Shown here piece by piece: positions 39,521 to 49,643 of a DNA stretch of 64,000 nt (within the stretch, counting starts at the first letter, position 1; each line of letters starts with the position of its first letter). The stretch is from an uncultured Methylomirabilota bacterium (GTDB taxonomy: Bacteria; Methylomirabilota; Methylomirabilia; Methylomirabilales; 2-02-FULL-66-22), in contig CAWJSJ010000001.1 in NCBI GenBank assembly GCA_963845565.1, positions 128,001 through 192,000 of the forward strand, read 5' to 3'. The notes below the pieces were generated by a model. It made no database searches. It saw only the letters and a list, made by a program, of their open reading frames with translations, and had not been told where the DNA came from. Made by a program: the position numbers and the translations under genes.

Positions 39521-40726
39521 ATGGCATCTCCCGCGAGTCCGCTGCCGCTGGCGGGCGTCAAGGTTATCGAGCTGGGCCAGCTCATCGCCGGGCCTTTCGC
39601 CGGAAAGACGCTGGCTGATTTCGGGGCCGAGGTCGTCAAGATCGAGCCACCCGGGGAGGGGGATCCGCTGCGCAAGTGGCGGCTGCTGTACCAGGGGACC
39701 TCGGTCTGGTGGCAGGTCCAGTCCCGAAATAAGGAGTCCATCGTCCTGGACCTACGAAAGCCCGAGGGCCAAGAGATTGCCCGGCAGCTCATCCGGGACG
39801 CCGATGTCGTGATCGAGAATTTCCGCCCCGGCACTATGGAGAGCTGGGGGCTCGGCTGGGATGACCTGTCATCGGTGAACCCCGGCCTCATTATGCTGCG
39901 GATTTCCGGGTACGGCCAGACGGGACCCTACCGCGATCTTCCAGGATTCGGCGTGATCGGGGAGGCCATGGGTGGGCTGCGCCACATCACCGGCGAGCCG
40001 GATCGCGTGCCGGTTCGGGTGGGGGTGAGCATCGGGGACTCGCTGGCGTCGCTCCATGGGGTGATTGGAGTACTCATGGCTCTCTATCACCGCAAGGTGA
40101 ATGGGGGGAAGGGCCAGTACATCGACGTCGCCCTGTACGAGGCCGTGTTCAACATGCTGGAGAGCACGCTTCCGGAGTACGACGCCTTCGGCGTGATCCG
40201 GGAGCGCACCGGAAGCGCGCTGCCCGGCATCGCGCCCACCAGCGCTTACCTCTGCAGGAACGATCAGTATGTCTTGGTCGCCGGAAACGGCGACAGCATC
40301 TTCAAGCGATTGATGGAGGCCATCGGGCGGTCCGATTTGGCGACCGACCCCGACCTGGCGCATAATGAGGGCCGGGTGCGGCGGGTGGCCGAGTTGGACC
40401 GGGCCATCGGGGAATGGACCGCCGCTCGCAGCATCGAGGAGGTGCTGGACACCATGACCAAGGCCCGCGTGCCGGCGGGGCGGATCTATTCGGTCAAGGA
40501 CATCGTCGAGGATCCGCATTACGCGGCGCGCGGGATGGTGGAAGAGATCGTGACGCGGGACGGGCTCACCCTGAAGACGCCCGGTGTCGTGCCCAAGCTC
40601 TCCGAGACCCCGGGCTCCATCCGGATCACGGCGCCGCGATTGGGCGAGGACACCGAGGCGGTCCTGCAGCGACTGGGTTACACGGCGGCGCAGATCGCGG
40701 CGCTGCGCGCCGCCGGAGTCATCTGA
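39521..40726 (+). CDS. CaiB/BaiF class III CoA-transferase
   Basis: PLAGVKVIE, LADFGAEVVKIEPP, RNKES, ENFRPG, SGYGQTGP and APRLGEDT. Confidence 0.94.
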   Translation: MASPASPLPLAGVKVIELGQLIAGPFAGKTLADFGAEVVKIEPPGEGDPLRKWRLLYQGTSVWWQVQSRNKESIVLDLRKPEGQEIARQLIRDADVVIENFRPGTMESWGLGWDDLSSVNPGLIMLRISGYGQTGPYRDLPGFGVIGEAMGGLRHITGEPDRVPVRVGVSIGDSLASLHGVIGVLMALYHRKVNGGKGQYIDVALYEAVFNMLESTLPEYDAFGVIRERTGSALPGIAPTSAYLCRNDQYVLVAGNGDSIFKRLMEAIGRSDLATDPDLAHNEGRVRRVAELDRAIGEWTAARSIEEVLDTMTKARVPAGRIYSVKDIVEDPHYAARGMVEEIVTRDGLTLKTPGVVPKLSETPGSIRITAPRLGEDTEAVLQRLGYTAAQIAALRAAGVI

Positions 40727-40778
40727 CCCCCTTTTCGGCCTCGCGCCATCGGCGGGGCGGAGCGACAGCGAGGACGCA

Positions 40779-41741
40779 ATGCGGCACGGCGAAGGCAGGC
40801 GAGTGCACGTGTACGAGGTGGCGCCGCGGGACGGATTCCAGATCGAGGCTGCGTTCATCCCGACCGATCGGAAGATCGCGCTCATCGATCAACTGAGTCG
40901 GACGGGCCTTGCCGGGATCGAAGCGACCTCCTTCACTTCGCCCAAGGCCATCCCCGCCCTGCGAGACGCCGAGGAAGTGATGCGAGGCATCCGTCGGGAA
41001 CCCGGCGTGGTCTACGCGGCGCTGGTGCCCAACCTGCGCGGCGCCGAGCGAGCGTTGGCGGTGGGCGTCGACGAAGTGAATCTCGTCATGTCGGTCAGCG
41101 AGACGCACAATCTCGCGAATCTTCGCATGACGCGGGACCAGTCGTTCGCGCAGTTGACCGAGACGATCCGCGCGGTGGGAGGTCGGGCCGTCGTCAACGC
41201 GTCGCTGTCCACCTGCTTCGGGTGCCCGATGGAAGGCGCCGTGGCGGTGGACGAGGTGTGGCGCTGGGCGGCGGGTTTACTGGAGGCGGGAGCGTCGGGC
41301 GTCACCCTCGCCGACACCACGGGGATGGCGCACCCGGTGCAGGTGGGTACGATGGTGGAGGCGTTCCGGACGCGCTGGCCGGCTGTCCGGTTGACGCTGC
41401 ACCTGCACAACACGCGGGGTCTGGGGCTGGCCAACGTGTTGGCGGCCCTGGAGGCGGGCGCCGACCGATTCGACGCGTCGCTGGGCGGTCTGGGCGGCTG
41501 CCCGTACGCGCCGGGGGCCACCGGGAATGTCTGCACCGAAGATCTTGTCCATATGCTGGAGGCCATGGGGTATCGGACGGGCGTGGACCTCGGTCGGCTG
41601 CTGGACAGCGCCCGGCTTTTACCGGGACTCGTCGGCCACGAGGTTCCGGGTCAGGTGGCGAAGGCGGGGCGGATCCAGGACCGCCATCCCGAGCCGGAGT
41701 GGTTGGCCGAGGTACGGGAGAAGGCTCAGGGGCGAACCTAG
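40779..41741 (+). CDS. Hydroxymethylglutaryl-CoA lyase family (DRE-TIM)
   Basis: EVAPRDGFQ, FGCP, LADTTG, HLHNTRG and GGLGGCPYAPGATGN. Confidence 0.92.
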   Translation: MRHGEGRRVHVYEVAPRDGFQIEAAFIPTDRKIALIDQLSRTGLAGIEATSFTSPKAIPALRDAEEVMRGIRREPGVVYAALVPNLRGAERALAVGVDEVNLVMSVSETHNLANLRMTRDQSFAQLTETIRAVGGRAVVNASLSTCFGCPMEGAVAVDEVWRWAAGLLEAGASGVTLADTTGMAHPVQVGTMVEAFRTRWPAVRLTLHLHNTRGLGLANVLAALEAGADRFDASLGGLGGCPYAPGATGNVCTEDLVHMLEAMGYRTGVDLGRLLDSARLLPGLVGHEVPGQVAKAGRIQDRHPEPEWLAEVREKAQGRT

Positions 41742-41874
41742 GGGTTCCGTTTCCAGGTTTCCGCTTGACAGGCAATCCACCTCCGGGGTATCTCCGAGCG
41801 CGGCATTCCGGCGTTTCTGTCATGAGGAGCGGTTCACTGGGAAAGCAATTGCTGTCCGAAGGAGGGATCGAGCG

Positions 41875-42876
41875 ATGAAGTGGCCAAAGACACGAGTGCT
41901 CGCGATCGCGCTGGTGGCTGCGACTTTGGTGACCGGCGGGACGGTCGTCGCGTGGGCGAAGACCGAGTTTCGGCTGTCGAATCAGCTTCCCCCGTCCCAC
42001 CACATCTCCAAGGGGCTGGTCCTCTTCGCCGCGAAGGTGAAGGAGTATTCAAAGGGGGCCGTCGAGGTCAAGATCTTCGACTCGGCGCAGCTCTTCAAGG
42101 ACACGGAGATCGTGGAGGGACTCCAGGAGGGGCTGATCGAGTCCGGGCTCGTGCCGGTGAACAAGTGGTCGGGGATGATCCCGGCCGCGGATGTCTTCGA
42201 GATGCCCTTCGTCTTCAAGGACCTCACCTCGATCAAGAAATTCATCGACGCCGGTGCCGGCGAACTGCTCGACAAGGAGTTCGAGAAGAAGGCGGTCAAG
42301 AACCTGTTCTGGGTCGACTACGGGTACATCCAATTCTTCAACAACAAGCGGCCGCTCACGAAGCCGGACGATTTCAAGGGGCTGACGATGCGCTCCTTCA
42401 GCAGCGGCGATGCAGACACCCTCAAGGCGCTGGGCGCGGCCCCCACGGTGATGAGTTCCTCGGAGATGTACATGGCCCTGCAGCGCGGCACGGTTGACGG
42501 CGCGACGACCGGCATGCCGGCCGCCGTGTCCCGGAAGATCCAGGAAGTGCAGAAGTTCATGACCGAGGCCAACTACACGACGGCGCAGTTCGCCGTCCAG
42601 GCGAGCCTGAAATGGTGGCAGAAGCTACCCCAGGACCAGCGGGACGCCGTCCTCAAGGCGGGGAAGGATGCCGAGGAGTGGATCCGCGGAGCCATCGCCC
42701 AATCCGAGGACGAGGCCGAGAAGGTGATCCGCAAGGCCGGCGTCCAGATTCACCCGTTGGCGCCAGAGGCGCGCCCGCTCTTCATCAAGGCCACCGAGCC
42801 GGTGCGGCAGGCCTTCGCCAGCAAGACCGGCGAGTTGGCCAAGAAGCTCATGGAGATCGCGCTGGGCCTCAAGTAG
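41875..42876 (+). CDS. dctP: TRAP transporter substrate-binding protein
   Basis: Signal peptide, FEMPFVF, PDDFKGLTMR and EMYMALQRGTVDG. Confidence 0.92.
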   Translation: MKWPKTRVLAIALVAATLVTGGTVVAWAKTEFRLSNQLPPSHHISKGLVLFAAKVKEYSKGAVEVKIFDSAQLFKDTEIVEGLQEGLIESGLVPVNKWSGMIPAADVFEMPFVFKDLTSIKKFIDAGAGELLDKEFEKKAVKNLFWVDYGYIQFFNNKRPLTKPDDFKGLTMRSFSSGDADTLKALGAAPTVMSSSEMYMALQRGTVDGATTGMPAAVSRKIQEVQKFMTEANYTTAQFAVQASLKWWQKLPQDQRDAVLKAGKDAEEWIRGAIAQSEDEAEKVIRKAGVQIHPLAPEARPLFIKATEPVRQAFASKTGELAKKLMEIALGLK

Positions 42877-42948
42877 CCGGGCGGAAAACGCGGGCGGCCC
42901 GGCGTCTTCCTGGCCGCCCGCCGTGCCCATCGAAACAAGGGGGCTTCT

Positions 42949-43467
42949 ATGCTTGGGCAGCTTCGGGCAGTCGTCGAGCGCTGCAATCTCGCCCTGGGCA
43001 TGGTCAGCGGGCTGGGCATCCTCGCCATGGGGCTCATCCTCACCTACGAGGTGGTGTGCCGATATTTCTTCGGCTCCCCGACGATCTGGGCCCAAGAGGT
43101 CGCGATCTATCTGTACATGTGGACCATGCTGGCGGCCGCGTCGTACACCCTGCAGACGCGCAAGCACGTCCACGTCGACCTGGTGACCGAACGCCTGTCG
43201 CCCCGGGCGCGGATGCTGGCGGAGGCGGCGACCAGTGCGGTGGGAGGACTCTTCTGCGCCATCGTCTCGCTGCAGGCGTATGAGATGATTGCCGCCACGG
43301 TGCGCTTCGGCAAGCTGTCGGCCACGCCCCTCCGGGTGCCGCTGTGGATCCCGCAGTCGGCGCTCCTGATGGGGTTCGTGCTGCTGACGTTCCAGTTCGC
43401 CCTGCTCATGGTGGATCGGGTGGCCGAGCTTGCGGCCCACGGCGAGAACGGAGGTGCCTCCGCATGA
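42949..43467 (+). CDS. dctQ: TRAP transporter small permease
   Basis: EVVCRYFFGSPTIWAQE, HVHVD and 4 TM segments. Confidence 0.92.
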   Translation: MLGQLRAVVERCNLALGMVSGLGILAMGLILTYEVVCRYFFGSPTIWAQEVAIYLYMWTMLAAASYTLQTRKHVHVDLVTERLSPRARMLAEAATSAVGGLFCAIVSLQAYEMIAATVRFGKLSATPLRVPLWIPQSALLMGFVLLTFQFALLMVDRVAELAAHGENGGASA

Positions 43468-44744
43468 TCAGCTTCGGCTTTGTCAGCCTCCTGCTGCTGG
43501 TCGTCCTCTTTGCCGGATTGCCGGTGGCGTTCTCGCTGGGGACGACGTCCGTCCTCCTGGTCTTCCTCTACGAACTGCCGATGAAGATCATCGCCAACTC
43601 CGTCTTCACGTCGCTGGACAGCTTTGTCGTCATCGCGATCCCGCTCTATGTATTGATGAGCCGGGTCCTGCTCGACGGGAAAGTCGGCGACGACCTCTTC
43701 GAGGTGATGAATGCCTGGGTCCGGCACCTGCCGGGGGGGCTGGCCATCGCCACCATCCTGGCCTGCGCCTTCTTCGCGGCGATCAGCGGCTCGGGGGCGG
43801 CCACCGCGGCGACGATCGGCATGGTGGCCTACCCGGCGATGATCGGGCGGGGATACAACAAGCAGTTCATCCTAGGGCTGCTGGCCTGCGGGGGAACGCT
43901 CGGCATCCTCATCCCGCCCAGCATTCCCCTCATCATCTTCGGCGCGGTGACCGAGGTGTCCATCGGGAAGCTCTTCATCGCGGGCGTCATCCCCGGTCTG
44001 GTGCTGACATCGATCCTGATCGCCTATGCCGTCTACCGGAGCAAGCGCGGCGGATACCTGCCCATGGAGCCGGCCTCGTGGTCGGAACGGCTGCGGGTCA
44101 CCCGCCGGAACCTCTGGGGCATCGCCCTCCCCTTCCTGATCCTCGGCGGCATCTACACCGGGGCCTTCACGCCGACGGAAGCGGCGGCGGTCGGGTTGAC
44201 CTACAGCCTCTTCATCACCCTGGTCGTCTATCGCACGCTGAGGCTGCGCGACATCCCCGGCGTCTGCCTCCAAGCCGTGGGCACGTCGTGCATGATCGCG
44301 CTGATCATCGCCGGGGCCCTCCTGTTCGGTCGGGTGATGACGCTGATCGAGATCCCCCAGCAGCTCACGGCGCTCATCATCGAATGGAAACTGTCCGCCT
44401 TGATGTTCGTCGTGGCGATGAACATCCTGATGCTGTTCCTGGGATGCATCCTGGAGACCGTCTCGATCATCCTGCTCACCATGCCGCTGGTGGCCCCCAT
44501 CCTGGAGGCGCTCAAGATCGACCCCATCTGGTATGCCATCGTCCTCACGGTCAACATGGAGATGGCGCTGGTCACGCCCCCCGTGGGGATGAACCTGTAC
44601 GTCATCAACGGCCTGGACAAGGACATCCACATGGCCGAGGTCATCCGGGGGGTCACCCCGTTCATCGTCCTGATGGGCCTGTTTCTCATTTTCACGATGC
44701 TCTTCCCCCTCATGAGCACCTGGTTGCCGTCGATGATGAAGTAG
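43464..44744 (+). CDS. dctM: TRAP transporter large permease
   Basis: GTLGILIPPS, FTPTEAAAVG and TPPVGMNLY. Confidence 0.94.
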   Translation: MISFGFVSLLLLVVLFAGLPVAFSLGTTSVLLVFLYELPMKIIANSVFTSLDSFVVIAIPLYVLMSRVLLDGKVGDDLFEVMNAWVRHLPGGLAIATILACAFFAAISGSGAATAATIGMVAYPAMIGRGYNKQFILGLLACGGTLGILIPPSIPLIIFGAVTEVSIGKLFIAGVIPGLVLTSILIAYAVYRSKRGGYLPMEPASWSERLRVTRRNLWGIALPFLILGGIYTGAFTPTEAAAVGLTYSLFITLVVYRTLRLRDIPGVCLQAVGTSCMIALIIAGALLFGRVMTLIEIPQQLTALIIEWKLSALMFVVAMNILMLFLGCILETVSIILLTMPLVAPILEALKIDPIWYAIVLTVNMEMALVTPPVGMNLYVINGLDKDIHMAEVIRGVTPFIVLMGLFLIFTMLFPLMSTWLPSMMK

Positions 44745-44820
44745 GGGGCGGAGCGTTCTCGGGCTGTCCGCCTGGCGGCCGCCGGGCGCATTTCCGTCGC
44801 CGCGCGGCAGGGGAGATACG

Positions 44821-45738
44821 ATGGCGAAGCAGACGAAGGCCCTCCGGGCGCTGCTCAAGCGACCCGGACTGATCATCGCCCCCGGGGTGTACGACGCCCT
44901 TTCGGCCCGGATCTGCGAGATGGTCGGGTTCGAGGCGGTGTCGCACTCGGGCTACGGGACGGCGGCGGCGACGCTGGGCCAACCGGACATCGGCCTCCTG
45001 GATATGACGGAGATGGTCCGACAGGTGGGTTCGGTGGCCAACGCGGTGGAGATCCCCGTGCTTGGGGATGCCGACACCGGCTTCGGGAATGCCATCAATG
45101 CGCACCGGACCGTGCAGGAGTACATTCGGGCAGGGGCCGCCGGTCTGTTCATCGAGGACCAAGTGCTGCCCAAGCGATGCGGCCACATGCGGGGCAAGCA
45201 GGTCATCTCGAAGCCGGAGATGCTAGGGAAGCTCAGGGCGGCCATGGACGCCCGCGACGGGGCCGATCCCGACTTCGTGATCATGTGCCGGATCGATGCG
45301 ATCGCGGTGAACGGTTTCGAGGATGCCCTGGACCGAGCCAAGGCGGCTGTGGATCTCGGCGTTGACATGATCTTCGTGGAAGCCCTGGAGACGCGGGACC
45401 AGATGGAGCGGGTGGGGCGCGAGATCGCGGTTCCCCTGATGCTCAACCTCATCGAGGGCGGCCGGACGCCGCTGGTGACGTACCGGGACGCCGAGGAGTT
45501 GGGATTCAAGTATGTCGCGCCCGCACTCACCGCCCTGTCCGCGGCAGCCAAGGGCATGTACGAGGTGATGCAGCGCGTTCGCGAGGAAGGGGTATCCAAC
45601 GCCTACCTTGATCGCCTCTTCACCTTCCAGGAGTTCGCTCGGGTCGTGCACCTCGACCGCTTCCGCGAGATGGAGGAGCGGTATCTCCCCTCGGACCTGC
45701 TGGAGGAGCGGTACAAGGGGGAGCGAACCATCGTCTGA
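44821..45738 (+). CDS. Isocitrate lyase/PEP mutase superfamily lyase (PrpB/2,3-dimethylmalate lyase-like)
   Basis: PGVYDALSA, DADTGFGN and IEDQVLPKRCGH. Confidence 0.9.
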   Translation: MAKQTKALRALLKRPGLIIAPGVYDALSARICEMVGFEAVSHSGYGTAAATLGQPDIGLLDMTEMVRQVGSVANAVEIPVLGDADTGFGNAINAHRTVQEYIRAGAAGLFIEDQVLPKRCGHMRGKQVISKPEMLGKLRAAMDARDGADPDFVIMCRIDAIAVNGFEDALDRAKAAVDLGVDMIFVEALETRDQMERVGREIAVPLMLNLIEGGRTPLVTYRDAEELGFKYVAPALTALSAAAKGMYEVMQRVREEGVSNAYLDRLFTFQEFARVVHLDRFREMEERYLPSDLLEERYKGERTIV

Positions 45739-45819
45739 CAGCCCCCCGCGGCGGACGGCGACCCGGGCGGCTCCGCCGGTCCGTCCGGCGGACGACCCCC
45801 TCCCGCAAGCGTTCTGGGC

Positions 45820-45848
45820 TTGATTTCTCCGCAGAGACAGCCTAGACT
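45820..45848 (+). promoter_or_regulatory. Promoter giving a probably leaderless RND permease mRNA
   Basis: TTGATT-17-TAGACT ends 6 nt before ATG 45855. No SD is present. Confidence 0.5.
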
Positions 45849-45854
45849 TCGCCC

Positions 45855-48800
45855 ATGTTTTTGGCCGACTTGTGTGTCAAGCGACCCGTGTTCGCCACCA
45901 TGCTCATCATGGCGCTGGTGGTGGTGGGCCTGTTCTCCTACGAGCGCCTGGGCTTGGACCTTCTCCCGAAGATCGATCGCCCCACCATCACCATCACCAC
46001 GAAACTTTCCGGCGCCAGCCCCGAGGAGATGGAGACGCAGGTCACCAAGCTCGTCGAGGAGGCGGTGAACACCATCAGCGGGTTGGAGGAGCTGCGCTCC
46101 AGCACCACCGAGGGGAACTCCCGCGTCACGGCGGTGTTCGCCCTGGAGCGGGACTCCGACTCCGCGGCCCAGGACGTCCGGGACAAGATTTCCACCATCC
46201 TGGGCAAATTCCCCAAGGACACCGATCCCCCCATCGTGGAGAAGTTCGATCCCGACTCGGCCCCGATCCTGGCCATCGTCGTCTCCGCCCGCCGGGATCA
46301 GCGCGAGATCACCGAGTTCGTGGACAAGCGGATCAAGCAGCCCCTCGAGACGATCAGCGGCGTGGGGAGCATCACCTTCGTCGGTGACCGCAAGCGGGAG
46401 ATCCAGATCGTCCTCGACCCGCGCAAGCTGGCCGCCTACGGCGTCGGCATCGATCAGGCCAAGACCGAGCTGGCCCGACAGAACCTGGAGATTCCCGGCG
46501 GCCGCGTGACCTACGGCGACAGCGAGAAGGTCCTGCGCACGATGGCGCGGGTCCAGACCGCCGAAGACTTCGGCGCGATCATCGTGGCCGTCAAGAGCGG
46601 CGGGTCGCCCATCCGGATCCGGGACGTCGGGATGGTCACGGATGGGACCGAAGAGCCGCGCACGATCTCGCGGTTGAACGGGGACAATGCGGTGTCCCTG
46701 TTGGTGCGGAAGCAGTCCGGGACCAATACGGTCAAGGTGGTGGACCTGGTCAAGGAGCGGCTGGCGGGGATCGCGCAGACGTTGCCGCCGGATTTCAAGA
46801 TCCGCACGGTCCGCGATCAGTCCCGGTTCATCCGCCGATCGTTCGAAGAAGTGCAGACCCACATGGTGCTGGGAGGATTCCTGGCCGCCCTGGTCGTGCT
46901 CTTCTTCATTCGAAATCTCCGCTCCGCCATCATCGCCGCCATTTCCATCCCCACCTCGATCATTGCTACCTTCACCATCATGCGGGCGCTGGATTTCACG
47001 TTGAATAACATGACGATGCTGGCGCTCAGCCTGTCCACCGGGATCGTGATCGACGACGCGCTGGTCGTTCTGGAGAACATCTACCGCTACATCGAAGAAG
47101 AGGGACGCACGCCGATGGAGGCGGCCGTCGAAGCCACCCGCGAGATTGGCCTGGCCGTGATGGCCACGACACTGTCGCTGGTCGTGATCTTCGTGCCGGT
47201 GGCGTTCATGCAGGGCCGCATCGGGAGACTCTTCTTCAGCTTCGGGATCACCGCGGCCTCGGCGGTTCTGGTGTCGCTGCTGGTGGCGTTTACGCTCACC
47301 CCGATGCTCTGCTCCCGGTTCCTCAAGGCGCCCGAAGGAAACGGCGAGGGGCATTCCTCCAAGGAATCCCGGGTCTTCAAGCTGATCGAGCGGACCTATG
47401 ATGTCTTGCTGCGCTGGTCCCTCTCGCACCGCCCGATCGTGTTGGGACTGGTGGTGCTCACCGCGGCGTCCACGTTCTGGGTCTACCGCTACATCGGGGA
47501 AGAAAGCTTCGTGGACGACGACCAGAGCGAGTTCGAGGTCTTCCTGCAGACTCCCGAGGGCTCGTCGCTGGAGCGCACCGATCGAATCCTCCTCGATGTG
47601 GAGGCCGCGCTCAAGCCGCTGAAGGGTGTCGAGGTGCTCTTTACCACGGTGGGGACCGGCGAGCGGGGCACGGTGGCCGATGCCAGCGTGTATGTCGGGC
47701 TCACGCCGTTGCGCGAGGGGACCGAGTTTGAACGCATTCTGCAGCACCTCGGCATTCGCACGCTTCTGGGGCTGGAACCGCTTCGGGAGCGCGATTTCAC
47801 GCAGAATGACGTCATGCGCGAGGCGCGTCGGGTCATGGCGCGTTTCCCCGAACTGACGGTGAGTGTGCAGAACCTGTTCGCGTCCGGCCAGACGGGCGCC
47901 CGGCGCCAGCCGTTCCAATTGGTGCTCCGCGGGCCGGATATCGAGGGTCTCGACCGGTATTCCCAGGCGCTGGCCGCCGCCGCACGGACGATTCCCGGCA
48001 TGCTCGACGTGGACACGACCCTGTCCCGCCGCACCCCCGAGATCCGGGTGCATATCGATCGAGATAAGGCAGCGGATTTGGGCGTCGGGGTAGACACCAT
48101 CGCGGCGAGCCTCCGGACCATGGTGGGCGGCGAAGAGGTGACCAAGTTCCGGGAGGGGGACGATCAGTACCCGGTCCGACTCCGGCTGCAAGAGGACTTC
48201 CGCAAGAACGCCGAGGCCATCAGCCAGGTGTACATCGGCGGCGGCAGGCGGGGCCTGGTCTCCCTCAACAACTTGGTGCGTGTGAGCGAGGAGAAGGGGC
48301 CGAACCAGATCGATCGCCTAGACCGCGAGCGTCAGGTCGCCGTCGTCGCCAATCTGGACTCAACGCTGCCCATTGGCGACGCGGTGAGGGCCATGGCCCC
48401 GAAACTGACGGCCGCGAAACTCCCGCCCGGGTACACCACCAAGTACCTCGGACGCGCGCAGATCCTGGCGGAGGCGCGGGCGAACTTCCTGATCGCGCTG
48501 GGGCTGAGCTTGATCTTTATTTACATGGTGCTGGCGGCGCAGTTCGAGAGCTTCATCCACCCCTTTACGATCATGGCGTCGCTTCCGGTCGCACTGCCCT
48601 TCGGTCTGTTGTCGCTGGTGGTGACCGGGTTCACCATGAACATCTTCAGCGCCATCGGTGTGCTGATGTTGTTCGGCGTGGTTAAGAAGAACGCAATCCT
48701 GCAGGTGGATTACACGAACGTCCTTCGCGAGCGGGGTCTGACCCGCTACGAGGCCGTTCTGAAGGCGGACCACGCGCGACTTCGCCCCATCCTCATGACG

Positions 48801-49103
48801 ACCATCTCCATCATCGCGGGGATGCTCCCCATCGCTCTGGGCAAGGGGGATGGCTCGGCGTCGCGAGCCGCCATGGCCACGGTCGTCGTCGGGGGCCAGA
48901 CCCTCTGCTTGCTCCTCACGCTGCTCGTCACGCCGGTGGTCTATACCTATTTCGACGACCTCGGCTCCCTCCGCTTCGGGAAACTCGCGAAGCTACCCGA
49001 CTGGTTCTGGGAGCGACTCCGGTGGTCTCCCTCGCGACTTCCACGTCCTGCCGCCAAGGCGCCCGTCGGCCAGTCGGCCGAGCCCACCGCGGCGGCGGAC
49101 TGA
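45855..49103 (+). CDS. RND efflux transporter permease (AcrB/MdtB-like)
   Basis: KRPVFA, GASPEEMET, GIVIDDALVVLENI, VKKNAIL and RLRPILMTT. Confidence 0.96.
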   Translation: MFLADLCVKRPVFATMLIMALVVVGLFSYERLGLDLLPKIDRPTITITTKLSGASPEEMETQVTKLVEEAVNTISGLEELRSSTTEGNSRVTAVFALERDSDSAAQDVRDKISTILGKFPKDTDPPIVEKFDPDSAPILAIVVSARRDQREITEFVDKRIKQPLETISGVGSITFVGDRKREIQIVLDPRKLAAYGVGIDQAKTELARQNLEIPGGRVTYGDSEKVLRTMARVQTAEDFGAIIVAVKSGGSPIRIRDVGMVTDGTEEPRTISRLNGDNAVSLLVRKQSGTNTVKVVDLVKERLAGIAQTLPPDFKIRTVRDQSRFIRRSFEEVQTHMVLGGFLAALVVLFFIRNLRSAIIAAISIPTSIIATFTIMRALDFTLNNMTMLALSLSTGIVIDDALVVLENIYRYIEEEGRTPMEAAVEATREIGLAVMATTLSLVVIFVPVAFMQGRIGRLFFSFGITAASAVLVSLLVAFTLTPMLCSRFLKAPEGNGEGHSSKESRVFKLIERTYDVLLRWSLSHRPIVLGLVVLTAASTFWVYRYIGEESFVDDDQSEFEVFLQTPEGSSLERTDRILLDVEAALKPLKGVEVLFTTVGTGERGTVADASVYVGLTPLREGTEFERILQHLGIRTLLGLEPLRERDFTQNDVMREARRVMARFPELTVSVQNLFASGQTGARRQPFQLVLRGPDIEGLDRYSQALAAAARTIPGMLDVDTTLSRRTPEIRVHIDRDKAADLGVGVDTIAASLRTMVGGEEVTKFREGDDQYPVRLRLQEDFRKNAEAISQVYIGGGRRGLVSLNNLVRVSEEKGPNQIDRLDRERQVAVVANLDSTLPIGDAVRAMAPKLTAAKLPPGYTTKYLGRAQILAEARANFLIALGLSLIFIYMVLAAQFESFIHPFTIMASLPVALPFGLLSLVVTGFTMNIFSAIGVLMLFGVVKKNAILQVDYTNVLRERGLTRYEAVLKADHARLRPILMTTISIIAGMLPIALGKGDGSASRAAMATVVVGGQTLCLLLTLLVTPVVYTYFDDLGSLRFGKLAKLPDWFWERLRWSPSRLPRPAAKAPVGQSAEPTAAAD

Positions 49104-49258
49104 TTCGTCTCGGCGTGGTAGGGTAGGCACGGCGTTCGGGGACGGTTCGCTGCAGTCGGGGATCTCTCCGGACGTCCGGCGACGCCTCGCGCAACGGTCG
49201 GCGGCCTCAAGTGTGGCCTGTACCGTACCGGAGACTTGCGTCTCCAGGAGGGACCACG

Positions 49259-49561
49259 ATGAAGCTCGTCTTGATCGTTTTCAATTTCATCTACGACGAC
49301 TCCGTGCGGGCCATCATCGAGCGACTCAAGATTCCGGGTTTCACCGAGGTACCGCGGGTCTTCGGCACCGGGGAATCGGGGAAACGCTTCGGGACGCATG
49401 CCTTCCCCGGCCACGACACGATGCTGTTCACCGTCCTGCCGGCCGAGATGGTCGGCCCGCTGATGGATCAGGTCGCGGAGTTCAAGGCCGGCCTGACGGA
49501 TCGGGCCAAGCGTCACGGCGGAATCAAGGCCTTCGTCCTGCCCGTGGAACAGATGATCTGA
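49259..49561 (+). CDS. P-II-like small protein (PG0541-type transporter-associated)
   Basis: MKLVLI...IPGFT....FGTG..G.RFGTHAFPG...KAFVLPVE pattern with a GGAGG RBS, immediately after the RND permease. Confidence 0.7.
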   Translation: MKLVLIVFNFIYDDSVRAIIERLKIPGFTEVPRVFGTGESGKRFGTHAFPGHDTMLFTVLPAEMVGPLMDQVAEFKAGLTDRAKRHGGIKAFVLPVEQMI

Positions 49562-49643
49562 CGAGCGGGGAGCCTGGCGGGGGATCTCGCGCGGTCCGCG
49601 GGACGCCGGCGGGGAGTCGAACGAGGAACCGGGCAGGGGTGTG

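Noticed and set aside
45603..48191. 862-aa minus-strand ORF (and similar long antisense ORFs such as 10159..12231, 25058..26902, 27506..29140 and 58718..60790)
   Set aside because: Shadow ORFs opposite well-supported genes, expected from high-GC codon bias. They carry no recognisable motifs.
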